Part shown: one piece after another, positions 53,143 through 64,000 of the stretch
Numbering within the stretch: the stretch's first letter is position 1
Layout of the letters: every line of letters begins with the position of its first letter
From: Mobula birostris
Lineage: Eukaryota
Assembly: GCF_030028105.1 (NCBI RefSeq)
Contig: NC_092397.1
Coordinates: forward strand, 22,392,630-22,456,629
DNA: 64,000 bases
Direction: 5' to 3'
Program-made: the position numbers and the translations under genes
The notes under the pieces: model-generated
The model's input: only the letters and a program-made list of their open reading frames with translations
Database searches by the model: none
Told to the model about the DNA's origin: nothing

Positions 53143-53725
53143 GCAGAAAAGGCAAAGAATTTCTGTCTGAGAATCTCAAATGCAACAGCGTGTCACTTCT
53201 GCTGTGTCTGTCGGTTCCCCAGCATTTGAATGCTACCAATCACTGAATATGAAGGGGGAGATGGTTGAGAAGACAGCACACCAGAGTCCCAATACGTGGA
53301 CTTGTCCATGGACTGACCTGATAAATGGCCATAGAGTTGATAACAGTGAGTTGGCGTTCACCGCCTCTCATTTTGGAAGGGATTCACCAGGCCACTGCAC
53401 CTGCAGATACACCAGCAAGTTCACACGGGGAGAGGCCATTCACCTGCTCCATGGCGGACGGGATTCATTCAGTCACAAGCTATTACAACACCAGCCAGTT
53501 CACACCGGTGAGCAGCTAGACTTGGCTCTGTTGTCTCTGTCTCTCAGTATAGCTTCACACCTGTTCCAAGTGTGGGAGGAGATTCATTCAGTTCACCCAC
53601 CGTGTGAGGCTCCAGTGAGTTTACAATTCATAGAGGACACACTTCTGTCCTGAGTCAGCAAAGAAATTTACTCAAGTCATCCCACCTGCTGAAACACCAG
53701 CAACTTCACATCAGGGAGGAAGTTA
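53143..53725 (+). pseudogene. Degenerate C2H2 zinc-finger exon
   Basis: HQQVHTG-ERPFTCS linker (53410-53450), HQPVHTGE, TCSKCG, HLLKHQQLH across frameshifts; acceptor TTTTACAG at 53135-53142. Confidence 0.75.
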
Positions 53726-54514
53726 TAAGAAGCTGTATATGGGACTGTTAATGTCAGATTCCACAGATATTGTGGCTGCTCATCAGACCCAGGACTGAAC
53801 CCTGGTTACTGAGCATTGAGGGGGTTCATCCCACCATCTTAAAATACACTGATGTTTAATATTGTGGATCTGTCATAGACAAATAGATCAATTCCATTTC
53901 AAATCCTGTGTCTCAGGTGCTTCCTCCCTGTCACACTGATAATGAACAGTCGAGAGGCCACTCAGTCCAGCTGGTACCTGCTTGTGTTCCTATTGCACAC
54001 CAGAGCTTTCAACCCCATCCCTGCCGTTCACCACTAACTCACCCTATAATGTTCAGGATGTAACTGGTCACCGGTCTGGCGATGAAGAGGTTTACCTTGA
54101 ATTCACTCCACGACTTTCTGTAAACTGCAGAGGATTAATTTACTGTGGTTTTCTCCCAAATATTCCTCATCCCTCACAGCTCTGGACCAAGGCTGAAGTC
54201 TTGTGTTGTTAAAATCTTCCTGTCCCACTCTGTTCATTGTTTTGTGTCATTTTCACTGATTTCGAAGGGCTGTGCCTCACACTGCCGGGCTGTTGCAATA
54301 CAACACTCTCCTCTAAAGTACGACAGCAGAATGGTGGAGCAGAAACAAGAGGGGTCAGCACAAATGAGGGCTTTGGAGCTCCAGATGTGATGGAGGCTCG
54401 AGTTTATGTAGAGTAGAAGGAGGGAATCAGACCAGGAGGATGAGGCTGCAAATGAAAGTTCAGCAACATTTGGAAACTGATTGACTGAAAAAAGAGGTTT
54501 ATGTTTGCAAAATA

Positions 54515-54960
54515 CTGGAGGGACTCAGTGCCCCCCAGCAGCATCTGTGCAGACAAATAAATAGTTGATATTATGGGCCAAGACACTTCATCCTATCTAG
54601 ACTGTTTATTCCTCTGTTTAGCTGCTGCCTGACCTGCTGAGTTCCCGCAGTACTTTGTGTGTGTCACTTTACAGTTTATTCCCAGCATATGCTGAACCTT
54701 GAGTTTCATATCTGCATTTCTAAATGAGTGGAACTGTGACAGTTGTCATACAAAATGCTTGTTGACATTGAGTAATAAACAGGAGAAAATCTGCAGATGC
54801 TGGAAATCCAAGGAACACACACAAAATGCTGGAGAAACTCTGCAGGCCAGGCAGCATCTGTGGATAAAAGTACAGCTGACGTTTTGGGCTGAGATTCTTC
54901 AGCAGGACTGGAGAAAAAACAATGAGGAGTAAATTTTAAAAGGTGGGGGAGGGGAGAGAG
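54515..54960. mobile_element. Two Penelope-derived terminal segments
   Basis: AAAATACTGGAGGGACTCAG.. and ACACACAAAATGCTGGAG..CAGGACTGGAG; hammerhead cores decayed. Confidence 0.7.
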
Positions 54961-56365
54961 AATTCTTAAATTCACACAAAGAAACTCTACATCACTAATA
55001 CTATCATTGCTACAGCTGGTTTCCAACACATTAAGATATTCTTGTAAAACCTTATTGCTACATTGTTTAGTCTCTCCACCTATTTTGATTATGAATTGCA
55101 GCAAATGACCGAGCCAGGACTCAACCGTCTCTCCTTCAGGAACAATTGTATTACCTTCTTTAATCAATATTCAGAACCCTATGAATCCCACACCCCCATT
55201 TTCTTAGTCATTCCCCAAACATCTTCAAGTTTAATAGTCCTTCCAATACTTTCACAATATGACCTCCAGTAAATCTTTTTCACAAGCTTCATTACTTTCC
55301 TCACCACGGCCTGTGACCTGTTACACTTAATATGATTACGCGGAGAGTGATACTTCCTAACTTTCCGAAATGCCACGTTTCTCTCAGTAACTGCCTCTGC
55401 ACACTCCTCCGTCCACCACGGTACAGCTTTTCTCCCACTACTGCACTTTTTAAATTGAATCTCTGCCACCACTATTTGATGAATAATGTCACAACGTTTC
55501 TTTGCAGAAATCCACATCATCCTCACCATTCAGCCCAGACAGACACTCAGCACATAAAACATTCAAACTTCTCCCAATTTGCTTTACCAGAGTTCCACCT
55601 CCTAAAAGTGCCCTCATGCCCCCTATATAAATCCAAACCCAAGCTTATAAACATAGGGAAACGATCACTCCCCAATGCTTCATCTCCCATGACATCCCAC
55701 TACTCACTCCAATGTTCAAAACTAAAGTTAAATTTACAGCATTTTCAGAACTATTATGAACATTAAATCTCGTACCTCTCCCACCATAAAGACTAACAGG
55801 ATATGAAATATCTGAAACTCTTCTATAAACAAAATATTACCAATCTGAGAACAACCCCACAGTAAATTAACTATGTGTTAAAATCCCCACACCATACAAC
55901 GCTTAGTGAGCTAGAGCTACGTATACTCTCCAACAAATCAATCGGAAGCTTTCCACAATGGTTATAATAATACACAAACACGAGGAAATCTGCAGATGCT
56001 GGAATTTCAAGCAACACGCATAAAAGTTGCTGGTGAACGCAGCAGGCCAGGCAGCATCTCTAGGAAGAGGTACAGTCGACGTTATAATAATATACCACTT
56101 TATTGCCCCTACCTGTGGAATCAAATGTCTTCAAATGCCTCATACATTTCATTTACATCCACAACTTTATGGCCTCTCCCTCTCTTTAAAAAAAACTTGC
56201 AACACCACCTCCTCTACCAACTAATCTATCACGCTTAATTACAATATAACACTGGAAGGAAGAACTTAAATGCGATAACAATCAGGTTTCCTGAATACAT
56301 ATAACATCACATAGATTTGATAAATCAGAAATAAACGAAGTTTTGACCATTAGAAATCAGGCTTC
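54960..56365 (-). mobile_element. Nimb/I-clade LINE ORF2 N-terminal fragment
   Basis: ORF 55179-55529 (RKAVPWWTEECAEAV.ERN...YWRSYCESIGR) is homologous to ORF 9205-9501; SLISNGQ..DVICIQET near 56360. Confidence 0.75.
55973..56080 (-). mobile_element. Penelope terminal segment with 12-bp TSD
   Basis: GTTATAATAATA at 55961-55972 and 56081-56092. Confidence 0.85.
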
Positions 56366-56399
56366 TGAAAATCGCCCTTCTGATGCAGGCGGGGCGGGA

Positions 56400-56780
56400 G
56401 GTGCGGAATGTAGTGGGGCGTTTATGATTGGTGAACCAGTGCCCATTCTGATTTGAAAGAGCAAATATTCCAATCACAGAGCTGCCTTATTCACCAATCA
56501 GACTGTAGAAGCGCGGAAAATATCGTCTAACCGCCGAAATAAACTGAAATTTGCAATACACCGCCAAAAAAGCCTTTGTTGCTGAAATTAAACCACAACA
56601 GGTTTGTTTGTCGGCTCTTTACCCCCGTTACTGGAGTCCGACACACTTAAACAAAGTGTAGTTAATATTGCGATGGTGTCTGAGAAATTAGTTCACCGAT
56701 ATCTTTCAATTGATAAACGATTGGAATAAAACCGGTCCTCAGCTGCTGTTCGCGGTCGGTCATTGTGTAAACTCAAGTCA
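56400..56780 (-). promoter_or_regulatory. Orphan H2A promoter and spacer (gene absent)
   Basis: Colinear similarity to 49225-49600 (CTGCCTTA.TCACCAATCA, AGAAGCGCGGA, CCGCCAAAAAA, GGTCATTGTGTAAAC). Confidence 0.75.
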
Positions 56781-57175
56781 GTTTAGCAAGGGGTCACCCG
56801 TCAGAAAGTGGAGCTTTAACAAGTACTCTGAACGACCCGTGACAGTGTTCAGCTCTTGCGTCGGAATGGGGTTAAGAGAAGTATCGAAAATGGGACAAAG
56901 CTTAATGAAACCACGGTATTTAAACCAGAAACATTAGCGTCCATGTCAGAGAAATCTGATGACCGAGAGGAAGCGACGGGGAAACGGGTGTGTAACGATT
57001 CCGTGTCTGGGCAGTTGGCAGGAATTAACAGAGAAATTGGGATTGTACTGAGCAGCGGACAGCAAGTTCTGATTAACGGGGATAAGATTCTGAATGAGCA
57101 TTTCAACAAAAAATTCCAAATTTACCTCAATTCCATGTCTCAATATCGTGTAACTCTTTTAATGAAACCGTGAGT

Positions 57176-57191
57176 GGCTCTTAAAAGAGCC
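57176..57191 (-). terminator. Histone 3' stem-loop (H2B-2)
   Basis: Reverse complement GGCTCT-TTTA-AGAGCC; HDE-like AAAAGAGTT. Confidence 0.95.
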
Positions 57192-57228
57192 TTTGATTTT
57201 CCGGTTTGTTTTGTCAGTGAACTTGTCT

Positions 57229-57603
57229 TCACTTGGAGCTGGTGTACTTGGTCACCGCCTTTGTCCCTTCGGACACGGCGTGCTTGGCCAGCTCCCCGGG
57301 CAGCAGCAGCCGCACGGCGGTCTGGATCTCCCGGGAGCTGATGGTGGACCGCTTGTTGTAATGGGCCAGGCGGGAAGCCTCGCCCGCGATGCGCTCGAAA
57401 ATATCGTTGACGAATGAATTCATGATGCTCATGGCCTTGGAGGAGATGCCGGTGTCGGGGTGAACCTGCTTCATCACTTTGTAGATGTAGATGGCGTAAG
57501 TCTCCTTCCTCGACCTCTTGCGCTTCTTGCCAGTCTTGCTCGCTGGTTTGGACAAAGCTTTCTTGGCGCCCTTCTTGGGAGCGGGTTTCGCTGGATCAGG
57601 CAT
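57229..57603 (-). CDS. H2B: Histone H2B
   Basis: 124 aa from the ATG at 57603 ([12 protein letters not shown]...AVTKYTSSK); TATTTAA and ATGTTAAT upstream, as in the first H2B. Confidence 0.98.
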   Translation of the reverse strand: MPDPAKPAPKKGAKKALSKPASKTGKKRKRSRKETYAIYIYKVMKQVHPDTGISSKAMSIMNSFVNDIFERIAGEASRLAHYNKRSTISSREIQTAVRLLLPGELAKHAVSEGTKAVTKYTSSK

Positions 57604-58999
57604 TTCCTCGTCGGTTTCAAACACAATAATAAGCAGAAGCTGTTCGGAGCGCGGATTAAATAGGCAGCGCCCAAAGCGGTATGTTAATGAGGATGGGAAT
57701 GCTGAGCATTTCCATTGGCTGTTTGGAGAAATGAATCACCAATCGGAACGCTGGGGGATGGGAAGCGGCGCCAATGGGCGGGGTTTACCGCTGTCGTTTG
57801 ATGCGGGAGGAAGTACTGAAGGGCAGAGACAGGCCGGGCTGCGGGCTGAAATTGAAAAGGGAAACGCAAATTTCAAAAGCCGAATGAAAATAAAATCAGA
57901 TGAAATATTGTAAAATTAAACACTAGGACATTTAGTTCATGACATAGGGCTGCAGGAGAGTGAAGGAGAGATTTGGACATTTCAGTGTAAAGTTTAAATC
58001 GAGTTTATTTATGCACAGGTGAAAGGAACAAAGTATTTGTAGCAGCATCACAGACATTGCATCAGAGACACAACACTGACAAGAAACACTGAAATTAAAT
58101 ATGAATTATACCAAAATATTCAAACAGACAGAAGACTATCAGAACAAAATCAAAATAACAAACAGATTATGCCGGCAGTGGGAGAATCATCCCTCTTGTG
58201 CTTCTTCATCTCGTCACTCTGGATTCAGTGTCACACAACGCTGCCACTTTGATCTGGCCCATGCCTTCATTAACCAAGTCCAACACTTGCCTTTATTGCA
58301 TCTTCCTTCTCCTTACACTGGTCATCGGGTTTGTGGGGGTGTGTGCCCCCTTGAACCTCAGGATTAGGTTTGAGGGTAGGGCTGGTGGATGTATATGCTG
58401 GGAGAGATAATGCTGTGGAGTTTAGTATGGTGAGATAGGTGGGGCTATGGTGGATAGGGTAGTGTAGTGGAGTCACTTCAATCTGGCCCATTCCTTTCAT
58501 TAACGTGGCCTGACACCACTTGGCTTAATGAACCGGGTGTTGCAAAGGGACACATCGTCAGTAATGCAACCTGGGGTCATTGGGTGTTTTGGGTCTTTAA
58601 TCATGAGACATCCTCGCCCAGGCAACCCAGCCAGGGTTAATCAGGCCCGCTTGTGTTTATCCCATGGATCAAGGTAATGAGAGGCATGTAATTCTGCATG
58701 TTGTGGGTATTTTAAACCTTGTTACTTGGCTTTATTTTGACCATTTGGGGAGTAGAATGTTCTGAGGCCTAGTAATCAGGCTTTACCTCCAAGTAAGGTT
58801 CAACTTTCCTACTTTCAATTTAGAATTGTCTTTATTTTGCATCTGTATGCCTGGGATTGCATGGGTTAAATTAACAGTGTTCACTGCAGTACAAATTAGT
58901 GATTAGGTCTGTGGAGATTGGTCCATAATTCCAAAATGCAAACATCTCTGAAATCCAGAATTTTTTGTGCTGACATGACATCACAAATGGAGAATTTTA

Positions 59000-59465
59000 C
59001 TCAGGATTAAATGGCTTGCCTAATGAACAGAGTTTCACGGCTCTGGGCCTCTATTCATTGGAACTTCGAAGAAAGAAGGGTTACCAAATTGAAACCTATC
59101 AAATAGTGAAAGGGCTTGATTGAGTGGATGTGGAGAGGATTTTTCCTGTGATGGGTGTGTCTAAAACTGGACCACACAGCTTCAAAATAGAGGGTCATCC
59201 TTTTAGAATGGAAATGAGGAGGAATTTCTTCAGCCAGAGAGTGGTGAATCTGTGAATTGTTTTGCTACAGGCAGCTGTGGAGGCCAAATCACTGGGTATA
59301 GGCAGAGATTGATAGATTCTTGATTGGTCAGAGCATGAAGGGATACAATGGAAGGCAGGAGATTGGGGCTGAGAGGAAAAATTGATCAGTGATGATGAAA
59401 TGCCAGAGAAGGCTCAACAGGCAAAATGGTCGAATTCTGCTCCTGTATCTTATGGTCTTATGGAC
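59000..59465 (+). mobile_element. CR1 3' fragment
   Basis: Closely similar to 33680-34110 (FRMEMRRNFFSQRVVNL). Confidence 0.8.
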
Positions 59466-59618
59466 TCACTTAGTGACTAAATCTCTCCCAGAGATCTCAG
59501 CTTTGACTCAACCCAGCAACTGAGGCTCCACATTACTTATATAAGGAATACAGAAGTTCTTTGTTCTCTGATTTACAAAATATCTCATTTCCATCCTGAA
59601 TGCTTGTCACCTCATTCT

Positions 59619-59861
59619 GAGCAACAGACACAAAATGCTGGAGGAAGTCAGCAGGCCAGGCAGCATCTATGGAAAAGAGTAACGAGTCGATGCTTCGGGC
59701 TGAGAATCTTCACCCTGAGATCTGATGAAGTGTCTCGGCCCGAAGTGTCGACTGTTAACTCTTTTTCATAGAGGCTGCCTGTCCTGCTGAGTTCTTCCAG
59801 CATTTTGTGTGTGTTGCGTTTGATTTCTAGCATCAGCAGATTCTCTCGTGTTTGTGATTTA
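59619..59861. mobile_element. Fold-back Penelope-derived mini-element with 11-bp TSD
   Basis: Inverted arms; CACCTCATTCT at 59608-59618 and 59862-59872; CTGATGA core at 59722. Confidence 0.85.
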
Positions 59862-59899
59862 CACCTCATTCTAAGGGTATTTTCCTCAGATATGGAGTT

Positions 59900-61450
59900 C
59901 TCATTCAGGGGAAAGATCCTCCTTGCCTATTGCCTGTCATATCCTGAAAGAATCTAACAGATTTCCTCGTTTTCTCATGAACAGCAGGGAATACAGACCC
60001 AGCGCACTCACTCTCCTCTCATATAACCAACCTTCCATCCCCGGAACCAACCCAGTCAGTGTGGGGAACAGTCACTGCACTCCCTCTATTGCAGGGATAT
60101 CCTTCCTGAGGAAGTGTGACCAAACCTGGACACGATACTCAAGGTGTGCTCTCACCAGGGCCCTATATAATCCCAGTGAGACCTCTGTACCCTCTTGTAC
60201 AATCCCCATGGATCACAGGACAAAATACTGTTTGAACATAGAACATAGAATAGTACAGCACAGTACAGGCCCTTCGGCCCACAATGTTGTGCCGACCCTC
60301 AAACCCTGCCTCCCATATAAATAGAACATAGAATAGTACAGCACAGTTCAGGCACTCTCATTACTTGTTGTATCTGCATGTAAACTCAAGTGATTTGTTT
60401 ACAAGGATGCCCAGGTCCCTCTGAACATCCCTGTGTGGAAATGACTCTTACAGTTTGTTCCTGGGAATGGGTGATCACACATTTCCCCACATTCTGTTCC
60501 ATCTGCCACATCCTCAACCGTTCACTCTCCTGTCTACATCCCCCAAACCTTCTCACTACTGACACTGTCTCTCCCACTCTGCCACAGCAGCAGACATAGT
60601 CACTGAGTTATGCAGCACAGAAACAGGTCCTTCAGCCCAACACATCCATGCTGACCAAGTGGCCAAACAAAATTATTGTCAGTTGCCTGCATTTGGCCCA
60701 TGTCCCTGTGAAACTTCCCTCTCCACAGTCCAAGAGATATTGCAACTGTGCCCACCTACACCACCACTTGGGGTAGTTTGTTCCATGTAAACAGCACATT
60801 CTGTGTACAAAACCTGCTCCTCAGGGTCCTATTTAAATCTTTCCTCTCTCACTTTATATCTGTAATCTCTCGCTTCCAACTCCATAAACCTGAAGATAAC
60901 AGATTCACTGTTGACCGTATCTATGACTGCCATTATTTTATCACCTCTCTAATGTCACATACACTCTGGTGAGAAAGGTCCTGGCCTATGTAGCCTCCTG
61001 TTAAATCCCTTTTGCACCCTCTCCAGTTTAATGTCACCCTCTGATCCCAGGGCAACTATAACTGTACTCCGTGCTCCGAGAGTAGTTTCCCCGAGGCTGG
61101 TAGAGCTGTAACGTGACGTCACAGTCCAGTGGCCGATACTCTACCCGATGAATGCGAGTGTGGCGAACAGCTTCTTCACCGTCCTGACTACCTGTGTTTA
61201 CACTCTGAAGGAATTCGATATCCGCACCCCGATATCTCTGTTTTACAGCACTCCCAGGGACAGACCATTCCCCACGGCAGTTCTGCCCTGGTTCGTCAAT
61301 GACAATGGAACATCTCACATTTATCTGTCATTCCTCAAATCAGTGACCTCATTGATCACCGTCCTGTTGTAATGTTAGTTACATTGTTTCACACTCCACG
61401 ATATCACCAACTTTAGTGACATCGATAAATTTGCTGAGCCGGGCAGTGAC
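59900..61450 (-). mobile_element. Degenerate CR1 fragments and tails
   Basis: CR1 RT-like segments; repeated GAACATAGAATAGTACAGCACAG tails at 60233-60350. Confidence 0.7.
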
Positions 61451-61672
61451 GTTATCAGCCCTGACTCAGCTCCCAGGCTTTTCCTCGCAGCGATACACGC
61501 GCAGTGCTGGAGGAACTCAGCAGGCCAGGCAGCATCTATGAGAAACTGGAAACAGCCAACGTTTCAGGCCGAGACCCTCCATCAGCATCTGCACAATGGT
61601 CTTGTGTTTGGTTTTCCTTCGATCCTAAATTACTGGATAACATGACCCATCCTCCAATCCTCTGCCACCACT

Positions 61673-61890
61673 CCTGCCCGAGAAACGCGCAGAGACACAG
61701 AGGCGGGGAGGGGAGGAGACAGAGTCAGAGTGACGGACAGAGCCGAGAGCGGCCTCTCATCGTCCAGCTCCGTCTTCACTTTAATACACCCGGCAATTTC
61801 CAACGGTTTGTCCGAAACACAGAGCTCCAGAGAGAGAGAAAAAAACGCCCTCTAACACCACGTACAGAAGGAGTTCTAGGAATTTACTGG
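61673..61890 (-). promoter_or_regulatory. Orphan H4 promoter (TATA box and gene absent)
   Basis: Near-identical to 62764-62940 and to the reverse complement of 35640-35852; ends just before the TATA box. Confidence 0.85.
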
Positions 61891-62328
61891 CAGTCGGACT
61901 TCATCGGATCAGAATACAGTGTGATTGGCGCAGGATCAATTTCAAATTGCCCGCCAATTTCAAAGCACCCAGCAACGGTGATGGAAGACTTCTTTAAAAA
62001 TTATTTACCGTTAGTTTTATCACGCATTATACAATTTCAGTTTCATTTAATAAATTTAATATCTAATCCCCTGAGTTAAGATTTAAATGCATAATTACGG
62101 AGTCGCTTCTCTAAACGAGTGAACTGATTCCTGTCCGAGACGGATAAAAGAATGAAGATCGATCTTAACGCGTTCAGAGGTTCTGAAGTAATCACCGACT
62201 GGAAAGGCAGATTCGCAGGAATATTGCAAACCGAACCGATTAATGTGTTTCAAATGTAACTCAGCTGAATGTATCGATAAAAATAATTAAAAGGTTGTGG
62301 ATACGGCTCCGTCTGTGAGGCGGTGGGT

Positions 62329-62344
62329 GGCTCTTAGAAGAGCC
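62329..62344 (-). terminator. Histone 3' stem-loop (H4-2)
   Basis: Reverse complement GGCTCT-TCTA-AGAGCC. Confidence 0.95.
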
Positions 62345-62377
62345 TTTGTTTCGTGCTCGGGAGGAAGTGGGAGTTTT

Positions 62378-62698
<321 letters not shown>

Positions 62699-62949
62699 TC
62701 ACTCAGGTCGCTGCTCACTGACAAACTGCCTGCTGCTGTCTCCTTTTATACACAGCGCCCCGACCTGCCCGAGAAACGCGCAGAGAGACAGAGGCGGGGA
62801 GGGGAGGAGACAGAGTCAGAGTGACGGACAGAGCCGAGAGCGGCCTCTCATCGTCCAGCTCCGCCTTCACTTTACCACACCCGCCAATTTCCAACGATTC
62901 ATCCGACACAAAGCGCTCCAGCGAAAAACAAAACTCCCTCACACACAGT

Positions 62950-64000
62950 CTGAAAAGAACGAGAGCCAATGTCAGGCTAATAAACATGGTGGGACTGATG
63001 GGCTGAAATGAGTTTATTTCAACACTAGGAGTACTATGTTATCGGACGGACAGGTCTGGCAGCTCAACATTCCTGGGTTTCATTGTTTTACATGTGAGTG
63101 GGGGGTTAAAAATGCAGAGGTTACCTCACTGGGAATGTCACAGCAAACTGGAAGGTTCATTTACAGAGGCAATCTGCAGTTACACTGTTGGGGTGTTTGT
63201 ATTGGCCCCGCAACAACCAGTGGGGGGACATTATCTTCTCTAGATTAACTGGAACTTGCTTAATTCTTAAATGCGCCAGATTTCTTCAGTGAATCTGAGG
63301 AGTGTTTGAAACATTATGTACAGGGCCCAACCAGAGGTGAGAACAGATGGGAATGAGCCAGGCCAGGTGACAGTTGAGAGTCAGTGAACATTTTGGGAAC
63401 AGTGATCACAAGTTTCTTTTTTTCTTAGTTACAAGTAAAAATAAAAGTAGATCTTGTATGAAGGTACTAATTTGCAGGAGGACAAGTCAGGACGGAGGAA
63501 GACAGGAGCCAGGCAACATTGATTGGGAGCAGCCACTGTCAGACAAGTCCACATCTGATGTGTGGGAGTTGTCTAAAGACCAGCAACTCTGAGTTCAGGA
63601 TCAGCATGTTCCGGTGAGGAGTGAGGAGAAGGATGGTAAGTAAGGGATTTTTAGACAAGCGGAGAGATCCTAAATTTAGTCAAAAGGTTATGGAAGGCTT
63701 GTGAAGCTAAAGTCAGACTGGGTACCTTTGGAATATAAAGGTAGCAGGGAAATGCTAAAGCAGGTGATAGGAAAGGCCAAAAGGGGCCACAAACTGTCCT
63801 TGTAATGTAGGACCAAAGATGATCCCAAGGCCTTGTGATTTGTATTAATAAGACGAGGATAACCAGAGAATAGAAATGTCGACTCAAGATTAAAGGAGGA
63901 ATGATGTGGTTGAAGTGAGATCAAGTGGCTGAGGTACTAAATGAGTATGTTGTGTCAGTATTTACTGAAGTGAAGGAATTGAATGGCAATGAAAACAGAA
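62950..64000 (+). mobile_element. Degenerate CR1 ORF2 (endonuclease region)
   Basis: WQLNIPGF.CF, EHFGNSDH; inverted counterpart at 34245-34880. Confidence 0.75.

Noticed and set aside
53180-53653. 157-aa ORF as a functional zinc-finger protein
   Set aside because: Finger motifs are split across frames and no complete C2H2 finger is present
57604-57624. N-terminal extension MFETDEE on H2B-2
   Set aside because: Starts at a non-ATG codon; the canonical ATG is at 57603
58250-58505. Imperfect direct repeat of about 24 bp (ATCTGGCCCAT..C.TTCATTAAC)
   Set aside because: Probably part of an unclassified repeat; nothing further supports a function
61504-62079. 191-aa ORF
   Set aside because: Chance read-through of a Penelope terminus, the orphan H4 promoter and spacer

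Overview
Repeat-dense vertebrate genomic DNA. The repeat families and histone sequences suggest a cartilaginous fish, probably a ray or skate (inference). The functional core is a dispersed replication-dependent histone cluster: H4(+), H3.2(+), H1(-), H2A(-), H2B(-), H2B(-), H4(-), each with a 3' stem-loop. There is also a small tRNA cluster (intact iMet-CAT and Asn-GTT; decayed Gly and Asp). Most of the remaining sequence is nested retroelement debris: CR1 (one near full length), Rex1/Babar, two Nimb/I-clade LINEs, Penelope ends and one Tc1 fragment. Most notable: (1) about a dozen short Penelope-derived insertions carry a minimal hammerhead ribozyme motif, several with target-site duplications and two as fold-back elements; (2) a CpG-rich 17 x 27-bp array reads on the minus strand as a protamine-like (RKASR[R/G]RTK)n polypeptide; (3) splice signals predict a transcript running divergently from the H2B promoter through a 21-nt microexon into a decayed C2H2 zinc-finger exon; (4) four histone-gene remnants and an inverted H4 duplication record gene birth and death. 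Repeat boundaries were read by eye and are approximate.
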